A stretch of 64,000 nucleotides of DNA from Candidatus Krumholzibacteriota bacterium (GTDB lineage: Bacteria > Krumholzibacteriota > Krumholzibacteriia > JAJRXK01), in NCBI GenBank assembly GCA_963806035.1, contig CAWDWO010000023.1, positions 60,521 to 124,520 on the forward strand, read 5' to 3'. Made by a program: the position numbers and the translations under genes. Of this stretch, positions 28,584-37,304 are shown in pieces. The first letter of the stretch is position 1. Each line of letters opens with the position of its first letter. Under the pieces are notes generated by a model. That model ran no database searches. It saw nothing but the letters and a program-made list of their open reading frames with translations, and was not told the DNA's origin.

Positions 28584-29723
28584 TCAGGCCAGTAGATTGG
28601 CCGCAATGACCATCCGCTGCACTTCGTTGGTACCCTCGTAGATGTCGCAAATCTTGGCGTCGCGCATGAGCTTCTCCACTGGATAGTCTTTGGAGTAGCC
28701 GTTGCCGCCAAAGATCTGCACGGCTTCCTCGGCGCAGTGGACCGCGGTGGTGGAGGCCATGAGCTTCGCCATCGCGCTCTCGGAAGGATGGGGTTTGCCC
28801 GAGTCCTTCACGAAGGCAGCACGCAAGGTGAGCAAGCGTGCCGCATCGATTCGCATTGCCATGTCGGCGAGCTTGAACTGGATGGCCTGGAACTTGGACA
28901 GAGTGCGTCCGAACTGTTCACGCTCTTTCGAGTAGCTGATGGCGTGGTCGAGGGCGGCCTGAGCGATCCCGATTGCCTGAGCCGCGATCCCGATCCGTCC
29001 ACCGTCGAGCGTGCTCATGGCGATCTTGAACCCCTCCCCGATCTTTCCCAGCAGATTCTCCGGACCGAGCTTCACGTCGTCGAACGCGAGCTGCGCGGTC
29101 TCGCTGGCTCGAATTCCCATCTTGTGCTCGGTATGGGTCACCTTGACCCCCTCGGCCTTCGCATCGACGACGAAGGCGCTGATGCCCTTGTAACTCTTCG
29201 CCTTGTCGGTCATGGCGAAGACGATGAGGGTATCGGCGCTGGCGCCATTGGTGATGAAGTTCTTCGTTCCCCTGAGGACGAAACCATCGCCGTCGGCTTC
29301 GGCTACCGTGCTCTGCGCCGCCGCATCGGTTCCCGCTTCGGGCTCCGACAGGCAATAGGCGCCGAGAGTCTCACCCTTCGCCATGGGCGTGAGCCAGCGT
29401 TTCTTCTGCTCGTCGCTTCCGTAGCTCATCAGCGGCCAGGAGGTGAGACTGTTGTTCACCGACATGATCACGCCGCACGAGGCATCCGCGCGCGAAATCT
29501 CCTCTACCGCGAGGCAGTAGCTCTGATGATCCAGTCCGGCTCCACCCCACTCTTCGGGAACGAACATCCCCATGAAGCCCAGCTCGGCCATCTTGGCCAC
29601 GACCTCTTTGGGATACCGGCTCTCACGATCCCACTCCGCCGCGTGCGGGGTGATCTCGTTCAGGGCGAATTCCCGCGCAGTCTTGCGGATGAGCTCCTGC
29701 TCGCTGCTAAACTCGAATTTCAC
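28584..29723 (-). CDS. Acyl-CoA dehydrogenase (butyryl-CoA dehydrogenase-like)
   Basis: CLSEPEAGTD, GTKNFITNG, LDGGRIGIA, QIFGGNGY, IYEGTNEVQ; GTG start after AGGAGA. Confidence 0.93.
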   Translation of the reverse strand: MKFEFSSEQELIRKTAREFALNEITPHAAEWDRESRYPKEVVAKMAELGFMGMFVPEEWGGAGLDHQSYCLAVEEISRADASCGVIMSVNNSLTSWPLMSYGSDEQKKRWLTPMAKGETLGAYCLSEPEAGTDAAAQSTVAEADGDGFVLRGTKNFITNGASADTLIVFAMTDKAKSYKGISAFVVDAKAEGVKVTHTEHKMGIRASETAQLAFDDVKLGPENLLGKIGEGFKIAMSTLDGGRIGIAAQAIGIAQAALDHAISYSKEREQFGRTLSKFQAIQFKLADMAMRIDAARLLTLRAAFVKDSGKPHPSESAMAKLMASTTAVHCAEEAVQIFGGNGYSKDYPVEKLMRDAKICDIYEGTNEVQRMVIAANLLA

Positions 29724-29743
29724 GATCAACTTCTCCTTGAGGC

Positions 29744-30598
29744 TCAGCGCTCGTAGCTGTAGAAACCGCGGCCGCTCTTACGACCCAGATCGTTCGCGGC
29801 CACCATTTTCTTGAGCAAGGGGCAGGGGCGATACTTGGGATCTCCGAGTTCGCTGAACAACACGTTCATGATGTCCAGACAAACATCCAGGCCGATGAAA
29901 TCGGCGAGGGTCAAGGGTCCCATGGGATGGGCCATCCCGAGCTTCATGACTTCGTCGATGCCCTCCGCGGTGGCCACGCCTTCCATCAGGCAGTAGACCG
30001 CCTCGTTGATCATGGGCATGAGCACTCGGTTGCTCACGAAACCCGGATAGTCGTTGACCTCCACCGGGGTCTTTCCCAGATCGCGCGCGATCTCGACCAC
30101 TTTCTTGGTGGTCGCATCGGAGGTGTGATGCCCGCGGATGACCTCCACCAGCTTCATCATGGGAACCGGGTTGAAGAAGTGCATGCCGATGAAGCGCTCG
30201 GCCATTTTGGTGGCGGCGCCCAATTCCGTGATGGAAATCGAGGAAGTGTTGCTGGCAAGAATCGTCTCCTTCCCCAGAAGAGGAACCACTCGCTCGTAGA
30301 TGCCCAGCTTCACGTCCTTGCGCTCGAAGACCGCCTCGACCACCAGGCTACAGCCCTTGATCCGGCCGGTATCACAGGTGAAATCCAGACGCGAGAGTGC
30401 GGCATCGGCGGTATCCTGCGTGATCTTTTCCTTCTTCACCTGCCGTGCGAGGTTCTTCTCGATCGTGCCCTTGGCGCGGGCCAGCGCCGCATCGTCGACA
30501 TCCACCAAGACAGTCTCATGACCGTTCTGCGCGAAGACATGGGCAATCCCGTTTCCCATCGTTCCGCCGCCGATGACTGCGACTTTTTGGCTCATCAT
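29744..30598 (-). CDS. hbd: 3-hydroxybutyryl-CoA dehydrogenase
   Basis: [57 protein letters not shown]. Confidence 0.94.
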   Translation of the reverse strand: MMSQKVAVIGGGTMGNGIAHVFAQNGHETVLVDVDDAALARAKGTIEKNLARQVKKEKITQDTADAALSRLDFTCDTGRIKGCSLVVEAVFERKDVKLGIYERVVPLLGKETILASNTSSISITELGAATKMAERFIGMHFFNPVPMMKLVEVIRGHHTSDATTKKVVEIARDLGKTPVEVNDYPGFVSNRVLMPMINEAVYCLMEGVATAEGIDEVMKLGMAHPMGPLTLADFIGLDVCLDIMNVLFSELGDPKYRPCPLLKKMVAANDLGRKSGRGFYSYER

Positions 30599-30687
30599 TG
30601 CAATCACTCCTCGAACGAGAGATCAAATTTCCGAACTTCGAATGGTCGAAGGCCCGGTCAGCCGAGACCAGATGGCCTTCCCCTTTC

Positions 30688-31875
30688 TCAGCCGACACGC
30701 CGCACGCTGAGAGCCACCGCGTCGCCTCCACCCAGGCAGAGCGCGGCGAGCCCTCTTTCCACGTCGCGGTCGATCATCGCGTGCATGAGAGTCACCAGAA
30801 TGCGCGTGCCGCTGGCGCCGATCGGATGTCCCAGGGCCACCGCCCCACCATTCACGTTCACTTTGGCCGGATCCATCTCCAGCTCGCGCATGACGGCGAG
30901 CGCCTGCACGGAGAAGGCTTCGTTCAGCTCGATGAGAGGAAAATCTCCGATGCCACTCTTGGTCTTCGCCAAGAGATTTCTGACCGCTTTGACCGGCGCC
31001 ATCATGACCCATTCGGGCTCGAGTGCGCCGGTGGCGTACGCTTCGATCTCGAAGTAAGCCTTCGCGCCCAGGTCCTTGGCGAAGTCCTCGCTGGCCACGA
31101 TTACCGCGGCCGCGCCGTCGTTCACGCTCGGAGCATTGCCCGCGGTGACGGTGCCTCCGTCCCGCTTGAACGCGGGACGCAGCTTGGCCAGAGCCTCCAG
31201 AGTGGTCTCCCGGCGTGGGCCTTCGTCGGTGTCGATGAGCACGCTGCCCTTGCGCGTTTTCACCTCCACCGGCACGATTTCCTGCTTGAACTTGCCCGCA
31301 TCGATGGCGGCGAGAGCCTTCTGGTGGCTTTGCAGAGCGTACTGATCCTGTTCCTCACGGGCGATCTTGTACTTGTCGGCCACCAGCTCGGCGGTCATGC
31401 CCATGTGGAAGTCGTTGTAGATGTCCCACAGTCCGTCGTGCACCATGAGATCGATGAGTTCGCCGTTGCCCAGGCGGTAGCCGGTCCGCGCGCCGGGCAG
31501 AGCGTAGGGCGCGTTGCTCATGCTTTCCATGCCCCCCGCCACCACCAGGGAGGCATCCTGCGCTTTGATGAACTGAGCCGCGAGTGCGACCGCGCGCAAA
31601 CCGCTTCCGCAAACCTTGTTGATGGTCATGGCGCTGATGGTGTTGGGCAATCCGCTGTAGATGGTGGCCTGCCGCGCCGGATTCTGTCCCAAGCCCGCGG
31701 GAAGCACGCAACCCATCACCACTTCGTTCACTTTGTCGGCGGGGATTTTCGCGCGCTCCACCGCCGCTTTCACGGCAATGGCGCCCAGCTCAGTCGCTTT
31801 GACCGGGGCGAGGCCCCCTTGAAATTTTCCAACCGGAGTACGTGCGCCCGAGAGAATCACGGCTTTGGTCGACAT
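30688..31875 (-). CDS. atoB: Acetyl-CoA C-acetyltransferase (thiolase)
   Basis: [45 protein letters not shown]. Confidence 0.92.
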   Translation of the reverse strand: MSTKAVILSGARTPVGKFQGGLAPVKATELGAIAVKAAVERAKIPADKVNEVVMGCVLPAGLGQNPARQATIYSGLPNTISAMTINKVCGSGLRAVALAAQFIKAQDASLVVAGGMESMSNAPYALPGARTGYRLGNGELIDLMVHDGLWDIYNDFHMGMTAELVADKYKIAREEQDQYALQSHQKALAAIDAGKFKQEIVPVEVKTRKGSVLIDTDEGPRRETTLEALAKLRPAFKRDGGTVTAGNAPSVNDGAAAVIVASEDFAKDLGAKAYFEIEAYATGALEPEWVMMAPVKAVRNLLAKTKSGIGDFPLIELNEAFSVQALAVMRELEMDPAKVNVNGGAVALGHPIGASGTRILVTLMHAMIDRDVERGLAALCLGGGDAVALSVRRVG

Positions 31876-31910
31876 GAGTTTTCCCTTTCATCGTGCAAAC
31901 GCTGTAGTGG

Positions 31911-33047
31911 TCAGGAGAGGATCTTGCGGCTGATGACGAGGCGCTGGATCTCGCTGGTTCCCTCGCCGATCGTGCACAGTTTCGCATCACGGTACATGCG
32001 CTCCACCGGATAGTCGCGGCAGTAGCCGTAACCGCCCATGACCTGGATCGCATTGTTCGTCACCCTCATCGCCATCTCGCTCGCGTAAAGCTTGCACATG
32101 GCGCTTTCGAGAGTGTAGTCCTCGCCTCGGTCCTTCTTCTGCGCGGTGTCGTAGATCATCAACCGCGCGGCTTCGATCTCCGTCCGCGCGTCGGCCAGCA
32201 TCCACTGGATGGCCTGAAACGCGCTGATGGGTTTGCCGAACGCCTTGCGTTCTTTGGAATAGTTCAGTGCGTACTCGTAGGCGCCCTCGGCGATTCCCAA
32301 TGCGAGCGCTCCGATGGAAATGCGCCCGCCATCCAGAATCTTCATGAACGAGGGGAAGCCCTGCCCGAGCTCGCCCAGCAAGTTGTCGCGCGGAATCCTC
32401 ACGTCTTGCAGAGTGAGGGTCGCGGTGTCGCTGGCGCGCATCCCCAGCTTGTGTTCTTTGGAACCGACCTCGAATCCCTTGGTGCCGCGCTCGACCAGGA
32501 ATGCGCTGATTCCGCCATGGGTCCCTCTCTCACGGTCGGTCACCGCGGTGAGCACGTAGAGACCCGCGTAGGAGGCGTTGGTGATCCAGCACTTGTTTCC
32601 GTTGAGGACCCACTCGTCGCCGTCGAGCTGTGCGTAGGTCTTCGTGCCACCCGCATCGCTGCCCGCGCCGGGTTCGGTGAGGCCGTAGCTGACCAGCATC
32701 TCGCCGCTGGCCGCCTTGCGTAGATACTTCTCCTTTTGCTCCTGGGTGCCGAAAGTCAACAACGGCCAGCAGCCCAGGGAGTTGTGCGCGGCCACGGTGA
32801 GTCCAGTGGATCCGCACACCTTGGCGATTTCTTCGACGATGATGGCATAGCTCACCGTGTCCAGACCCGCTCCCCCCCATTCCTCGGGAACGAAGCAGCC
32901 CAAAAATCCGATTTCTGCCAGCTTTTTGATCGTCTCTTCGGGGAAGCGCCCTTCCTCGTCGATTTCGTGCGCGATGGGAGCGAGTTGTTCTTGGGCGAAG
33001 CGGCGTGCCACGTCCCGGATCATGATCTGATTCTCTGTCAACTGCAT
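31911..33047 (-). CDS. Acyl-CoA dehydrogenase (short/branched-chain type)
   Basis: [53 protein letters not shown] before the ATG at 33047. Confidence 0.93.
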   Translation of the reverse strand: MQLTENQIMIRDVARRFAQEQLAPIAHEIDEEGRFPEETIKKLAEIGFLGCFVPEEWGGAGLDTVSYAIIVEEIAKVCGSTGLTVAAHNSLGCWPLLTFGTQEQKEKYLRKAASGEMLVSYGLTEPGAGSDAGGTKTYAQLDGDEWVLNGNKCWITNASYAGLYVLTAVTDRERGTHGGISAFLVERGTKGFEVGSKEHKLGMRASDTATLTLQDVRIPRDNLLGELGQGFPSFMKILDGGRISIGALALGIAEGAYEYALNYSKERKAFGKPISAFQAIQWMLADARTEIEAARLMIYDTAQKKDRGEDYTLESAMCKLYASEMAMRVTNNAIQVMGGYGYCRDYPVERMYRDAKLCTIGEGTSEIQRLVISRKILS

Positions 33048-33210
33048 CGGCACCTCTACTTGGCTCAGCCGGACCCGTCCGCCCCCAAAGTGAAGAATCG
33101 GGCAACGGTACATCGCGTTGGGTTCAATTGGTTCTCGGGTGTGGAGCGTCGAAACTCCATACAGGAGAATACAATATCGTTTGATCGGGAAAATTGAAAG
33201 GTCGAGCGTC

Positions 33211-33224
33211 CGAACATTAGTTCG
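33211..33224. promoter_or_regulatory. Palindromic putative operator CGAAC-ATTA-GTTCG
   Basis: Perfect 5-4-5 inverted repeat in the AT-richer intergenic region upstream of the acyl-CoA dehydrogenase operon. Confidence 0.35.
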
Positions 33225-33264
33225 AAACTTCAGAGATCAAGCCGCGACAAAGCTTTGAGCTGGA

Positions 33265-34215
33265 TTAGTGCTTCCCACGAATCCACTTCGCCAGGCGCGC
33301 CGCGGCAGACTCGGGGTCGGTGCGCAGGCGGGCCACGTCTTCTGCCAGCTCGTCGAGGGTGCGGCTGAGGTCGGCGTCCTGCCACAGCGAGGCGAGCAGG
33401 CGCTCCTCGGTGAGCAAGCGGAGTTGGGCGCGCAGCCCGCTGCGGCGCCTGAGCTCGTACCCCCCACCCTGCCGGAGCGCATCGGCATGAGCGAGCAGGG
33501 CGCAGCTCAGCTCGCTCAGGCCCATCCCGTGGTTGGCCTGCGTGAGCACCAGGGGACGACCATTGCCGCTGGTTTGTAGCCTCTCCTGCAGACGAGCGGC
33601 GGCCGCCTGGGCGTTTTCGCGCTCGCAGTGATTGAGCACCACGATGTCCGCGCCCTCGATCCAGGGTCCGCTCAAAATCAGTTCCAGGGTGGCGGGTTCG
33701 GGCGAGAGCACCAGCACGATGGTGTGGCTGCGGCGGATGAGTTCGACCTCGTTGGGGCCCAGCCCGGGCGCTTCCAGCAGGATGGGGTCGCAGCCCAGGG
33801 CCTCCATGGCGTCCGCCACCAGACCCGCCGCGAGGTTCCGCTCCCGGGGTTCCAGTTCGGCGGGCAGGGCGTGGAGCAGAGTCCCCTCCTCCTGAGCGAG
33901 TTCCAGGAGTTTCAGACCCTCACCCAGATTCACGTCCTGCGCGGCGGGAGAGCTCGTCACCAGACCGACGGTGTTGCCCTCATCCCGCCAGAGGCGTGAA
34001 AGTCCTTCCAGAAGAGTGCTCTTGCCCACTCCCATCGGCCCGGCGAAGCCCACGCGGTGCGCGTGGCCGGTGAGTGGATGCACCATTTCCACCAGGGCCT
34101 GACGTTCGGGACCGCTCGCGTGCAGCGAACTGAAGAGCGAACTCGTCGCCTCCAGATCTCCCCCGCGAGCGCGGCTCCACAGTTCTTTCAAGTCTCGGCG
34201 CATGGGCGGGAGCAT
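33265..34215 (-). CDS. Divergent MeaB/ArgK-like P-loop protein
   Basis: ARGGD...TGHAHRVGFAGPMGVGKSTL; G.D.ILLE..G.G..E; EGADIVVLN; C-terminal helical region ending DPESAA. Overall MeaB layout with degenerate motifs. Confidence 0.75.
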   Translation of the reverse strand: MLPPMRRDLKELWSRARGGDLEATSSLFSSLHASGPERQALVEMVHPLTGHAHRVGFAGPMGVGKSTLLEGLSRLWRDEGNTVGLVTSSPAAQDVNLGEGLKLLELAQEEGTLLHALPAELEPRERNLAAGLVADAMEALGCDPILLEAPGLGPNEVELIRRSHTIVLVLSPEPATLELILSGPWIEGADIVVLNHCERENAQAAAARLQERLQTSGNGRPLVLTQANHGMGLSELSCALLAHADALRQGGGYELRRRSGLRAQLRLLTEERLLASLWQDADLSRTLDELAEDVARLRTDPESAAARLAKWIRGKH

Positions 34216-34247
34216 AGACCAAGGAGAGCGCCTTGCCCAGCGGATTT

Positions 34248-34283
34248 GGGTCGCGCGCGCGGCCCGCCCCGCGCGCGCAACCC
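34248..34283. other. GC-rich stem-loop
   Basis: Perfect 10-bp stem GCGCGCGCGG/CCGCGCGCGC (34253-34278) with a 6-nt loop and a GGGT/ACCC extension; no U-tract. Confidence 0.4.
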
Positions 34284-34293
34284 TTCACTCGGT

Positions 34294-34947
34294 TCAGCGG
34301 GTCAGGCCGTGAAAGGCCTTGATCCTGCCGAAGCTGAGCTCCTTGACCGGCACCACGTCACAGGAGTTGGGAATCCCGGGCGAAGGTTCGCAACCGGTCC
34401 CCACGGGAAGGAGCTCGCCGGAGTAGGGATTCAGCGAGTCGAAGAGCACCCAGTCCAGAGAATCCGGCAGACGACCCATCGCGCGGTCGCTAGCCCCCGC
34501 GTGGGCCGGAATCGGCACGAAGTCGACCACCTGGAGTACCCTCGGGTCCGGGATGTCGCGCCACAGCTCCAACATCTCGTCCCCGTTGTTGATGCTCAGG
34601 CCGCTGCTGCCCGCATCGTTGGCGGCCTGCCAGGCGACTGCATCGCTGCCGTACACCACCATGGTCTCACCGGGAGCCAAGCTGCCCGAAAAGCCATAGT
34701 GGTATGCGTCCCCGGTGGCGTCCTTCAGGTAGAGGCCGGTGAGATCCACCGTCAGGTTGCCGGTGTTGAGGATCTCCACCCACTCGTCGTTCTTGTAATC
34801 CACCTCGCCATCGCCGTTCCAGTCACGCGCGGGAGCGGCGAGCAACTCGTTCAGGACGATCGCGGCCGACGAACGGCCGGACCAAAAGAGAACGGTGAGA
34901 ATCGCCAGCAGTAGAATGAGGGGCTTGGGCCAAAGAGAAATTCTCAT
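34294..34947 (-). CDS. Secreted lamin-tail-domain (LTD) protein
   Basis: Signal peptide; IVLNELLA, D-x-N-x-D-G loop (DWNGDGEVD), DEWVEILN, VDLTGLYLKD, SLAPGE, LSINNGDE, PSPG.PN. Confidence 0.85.
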   Translation of the reverse strand: MRISLWPKPLILLLAILTVLFWSGRSSAAIVLNELLAAPARDWNGDGEVDYKNDEWVEILNTGNLTVDLTGLYLKDATGDAYHYGFSGSLAPGETMVVYGSDAVAWQAANDAGSSGLSINNGDEMLELWRDIPDPRVLQVVDFVPIPAHAGASDRAMGRLPDSLDWVLFDSLNPYSGELLPVGTGCEPSPGIPNSCDVVPVKELSFGRIKAFHGLTR

Positions 34948-35057
34948 GCTTACCTCCATCGAGAAACGGGAGGCGACGAAAGGTGCAATGGCGGGAGGAG
35001 CGAGATCGCGGGAAGCGGCGGCGAGGAACCGGAGGGGAGAGCACGCGAGAGGATGGC

Positions 35058-35090
35058 AAAAAAATCCTCCCGTGAAGGTCTCGCGGGAGG
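35058..35090 (-). terminator. Putative Rho-independent terminator
   Basis: Minus strand CCTCCCGCGA-GACCT-TCACGGGAGG (one mismatch) followed by ATTTTTTT; 38 bp after the stop at 35128. Confidence 0.55.
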
Positions 35091-35127
35091 CAATGGGATG
35101 ATAACCGATCTCTGCGTGAAATCAAGC

Positions 35128-35610
35128 TCAGAAGCTCAGCGAGACGAGCGTAACTCGATACTTCATCGAACTGCCCCCTTGAATCCCGAGATCGTAGCCA
35201 TTCTCTCGATTGATGGTCTGCGCCCGCAGATAGGCGTCGACGGTGGCCCAGGCGACCGAACCGGCGTAGCAGAACCAGCCGAAGCTCTGTTCCAAGTTGT
35301 GGCGTTCGTTGTCGCGCGAGAGAATGCCTGGCTTGATGATTTCGGTGCCCAGGAGCAAACCCACCACCGCGACCGAGCCGAGGATCCAGCCCTTGGTCGG
35401 CTCTCCGTTGTAGTGTTGCCCCCAACCCGGCACCACGATGCTCCGCAGCGCCGCGCCCTCCGGGCTTCGATAGGCCTCGTGGTACTCTTGAGACCCTGGA
35501 GAGACTGTATCTTGCCGCTCCGGTTCGTTGCCGGCAGTTTGCGCGCGCGCGGTCGCCGCGGACGAAGTCCAGGCGAACAAAAGAAAGAAAATCAGCAGGA
35601 AACGCATCAT
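35128..35610 (-). CDS. DUF5683-like membrane protein
   Basis: SPEGAALRSIVVPGWGQHYNG...KG and WATVDAY motifs; signal peptide. Confidence 0.75.
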   Translation of the reverse strand: MMRFLLIFFLLFAWTSSAATARAQTAGNEPERQDTVSPGSQEYHEAYRSPEGAALRSIVVPGWGQHYNGEPTKGWILGSVAVVGLLLGTEIIKPGILSRDNERHNLEQSFGWFCYAGSVAWATVDAYLRAQTINRENGYDLGIQGGSSMKYRVTLVSLSF

Positions 35611-37250
35611 CGGGACTCCAGTGCCTTCCTTTGTTCCTTGACCGCGGGATCATCCGGAGCGAGCGCCTCCGCTTCACTGAGAACCTTCTCCGCGGCGGGA
35701 TAGTCCTTCAACTCGATGAGTGTCTGGCACAGGTTGAGTCGCGTCGCAACGAGGCTCTCATCCAACGAAATGGCTTTCTCGAGCTCGCTTCGTGCCCGTT
35801 GCAGATCCTGGCGACGGAGCAACACCTCCCCCAGCTCGCTGTGAATGTCGGCGCCATCGTACCCTCTCTGGAGAGCCATCTCGTAGAGTTTCTGCGCGAC
35901 GCGCAGATCGTTCTGCTCCTGCTTGGTATGGGCGAGCAGGAAGAGCACGCGTCCGTCGGGGTTAGAGGTGCCGGTAAGTCTCAGCAGATCCTCCTCTGCC
36001 GCAGACAAGTCGCCCAGACGGAGTGAAATCCAGGCCCGTCGCTCGAGGATGACCTTGGGGCGATAGTGTTGTGCCAAAGCTGCGTCGTACTCTTCTCGGG
36101 CTTCGCGTGCAGTTCTTCTGAGTTCGTCGCCTTGTAGTTTGTCCAAGCGTGAGCGCAAAAGCTCGGCCAGGTTGAAGTGGGTGGGCGCGTAGTTCGGGTT
36201 CAACGAGATCGCGCGGCGTAACACCTGCTCCGCGCGCTCATCCTTGCCGTCGCGCCGCAATGCCACCGCCAGGTTGTTACGAGCTTCCATCAGTTCGGGC
36301 ATCAAGCGTACCGCGTGCTCGAAATGGGAGACGGCCTCCTCCGGCTGATTCTGCAGCAGACTCAAACGGCCGCGATCGTTTTCCAGAATCCCGCTGCGCA
36401 GGCCGTATTCATAAGCCTCGGAGAACGCGCGGTCCGCCTTTTTCAGATCGCCCACGTCCATCTCCAGGACCCCACGCACCGCCTGCGCCTGGGCGTAATA
36501 GGGGGTTCCAAACTCGAACTGCGATAACGCAGTTCGCGCCTCGTCGTAGCGCTTCAGATCCGTGAGGCACCGGGCTCTGAGCAGGCGAGCGTCCAGATTG
36601 CCGCCCTTCAGAGCCAGGCTGTTCTGCACCGACTCCAGTGCCCTGTCCTTCTCTCCCAAATTGTAGGAGGCGAGAGCATCCAGATAGTAGAAGTCCGCCG
36701 CGACCTGCGTCTGCTGGCCCTTTCCGGCGGCGAAACGCAGGCTCCGCTCCACTCCCTGAAGGAGATAACGGCTGGTGGTGTAGTTTCCCATCTGGATTTC
36801 GATTTCCGCGTAATGAAGCCAGATTTCCGGATAGTAAGGACACAGGCCCACGCCGGTGGCGTAGTCGTTGAGCGCCACCCTGTTCACCCCCAGAGCCAGT
36901 GCCTTCTCGAGGTGTTTTCCCGCGCTCCGCCTGCGATCGCGCTGATCCTCCTCCCCGAGCTGACGAAATTCGGCAAAGCCGAGGCTGTCTCGGCGGTCCT
37001 GGTATTTCCCTCCGGAGAGTCGTGGGAGTTTGTCCTCCGGTTGATTCCACCAGTAATCCGCCGGCGGCCGTGGTTCCAGAAGGGACTCGAGCTTCTGCTT
37101 ACTCAGCTCGGGGGAAGTCGATTCTCCGGCCGGCCAAGCCGGACCGGACGCGACTTGACTGGCGCATGCGCTCAAAAGCAGACACAAGGCGAAGAAAGGA
37201 AGCATCAGCTTCAGGCTACGCCGGTGAGTCGTTGAATCGGGCGGGCTCAT
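35607..37250 (-). CDS. Tetratricopeptide-repeat lipoprotein
   Basis: Lipobox LLSAC; several TPR units (EARNNLAVAL, NPNYAPTHFNLA, IHSELGEVL). Confidence 0.85.
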   Translation of the reverse strand: MSPPDSTTHRRSLKLMLPFFALCLLLSACASQVASGPAWPAGESTSPELSKQKLESLLEPRPPADYWWNQPEDKLPRLSGGKYQDRRDSLGFAEFRQLGEEDQRDRRRSAGKHLEKALALGVNRVALNDYATGVGLCPYYPEIWLHYAEIEIQMGNYTTSRYLLQGVERSLRFAAGKGQQTQVAADFYYLDALASYNLGEKDRALESVQNSLALKGGNLDARLLRARCLTDLKRYDEARTALSQFEFGTPYYAQAQAVRGVLEMDVGDLKKADRAFSEAYEYGLRSGILENDRGRLSLLQNQPEEAVSHFEHAVRLMPELMEARNNLAVALRRDGKDERAEQVLRRAISLNPNYAPTHFNLAELLRSRLDKLQGDELRRTAREAREEYDAALAQHYRPKVILERRAWISLRLGDLSAAEEDLLRLTGTSNPDGRVLFLLAHTKQEQNDLRVAQKLYEMALQRGYDGADIHSELGEVLLRRQDLQRARSELEKAISLDESLVATRLNLCQTLIELKDYPAAEKVLSEAEALAPDDPAVKEQRKALESR

Positions 37251-37304
37251 TGCTTATCCTCAGCGGGCGCTCGGCACGAGAGTGGGCACGAACTTAGGAA
37301 GCCT

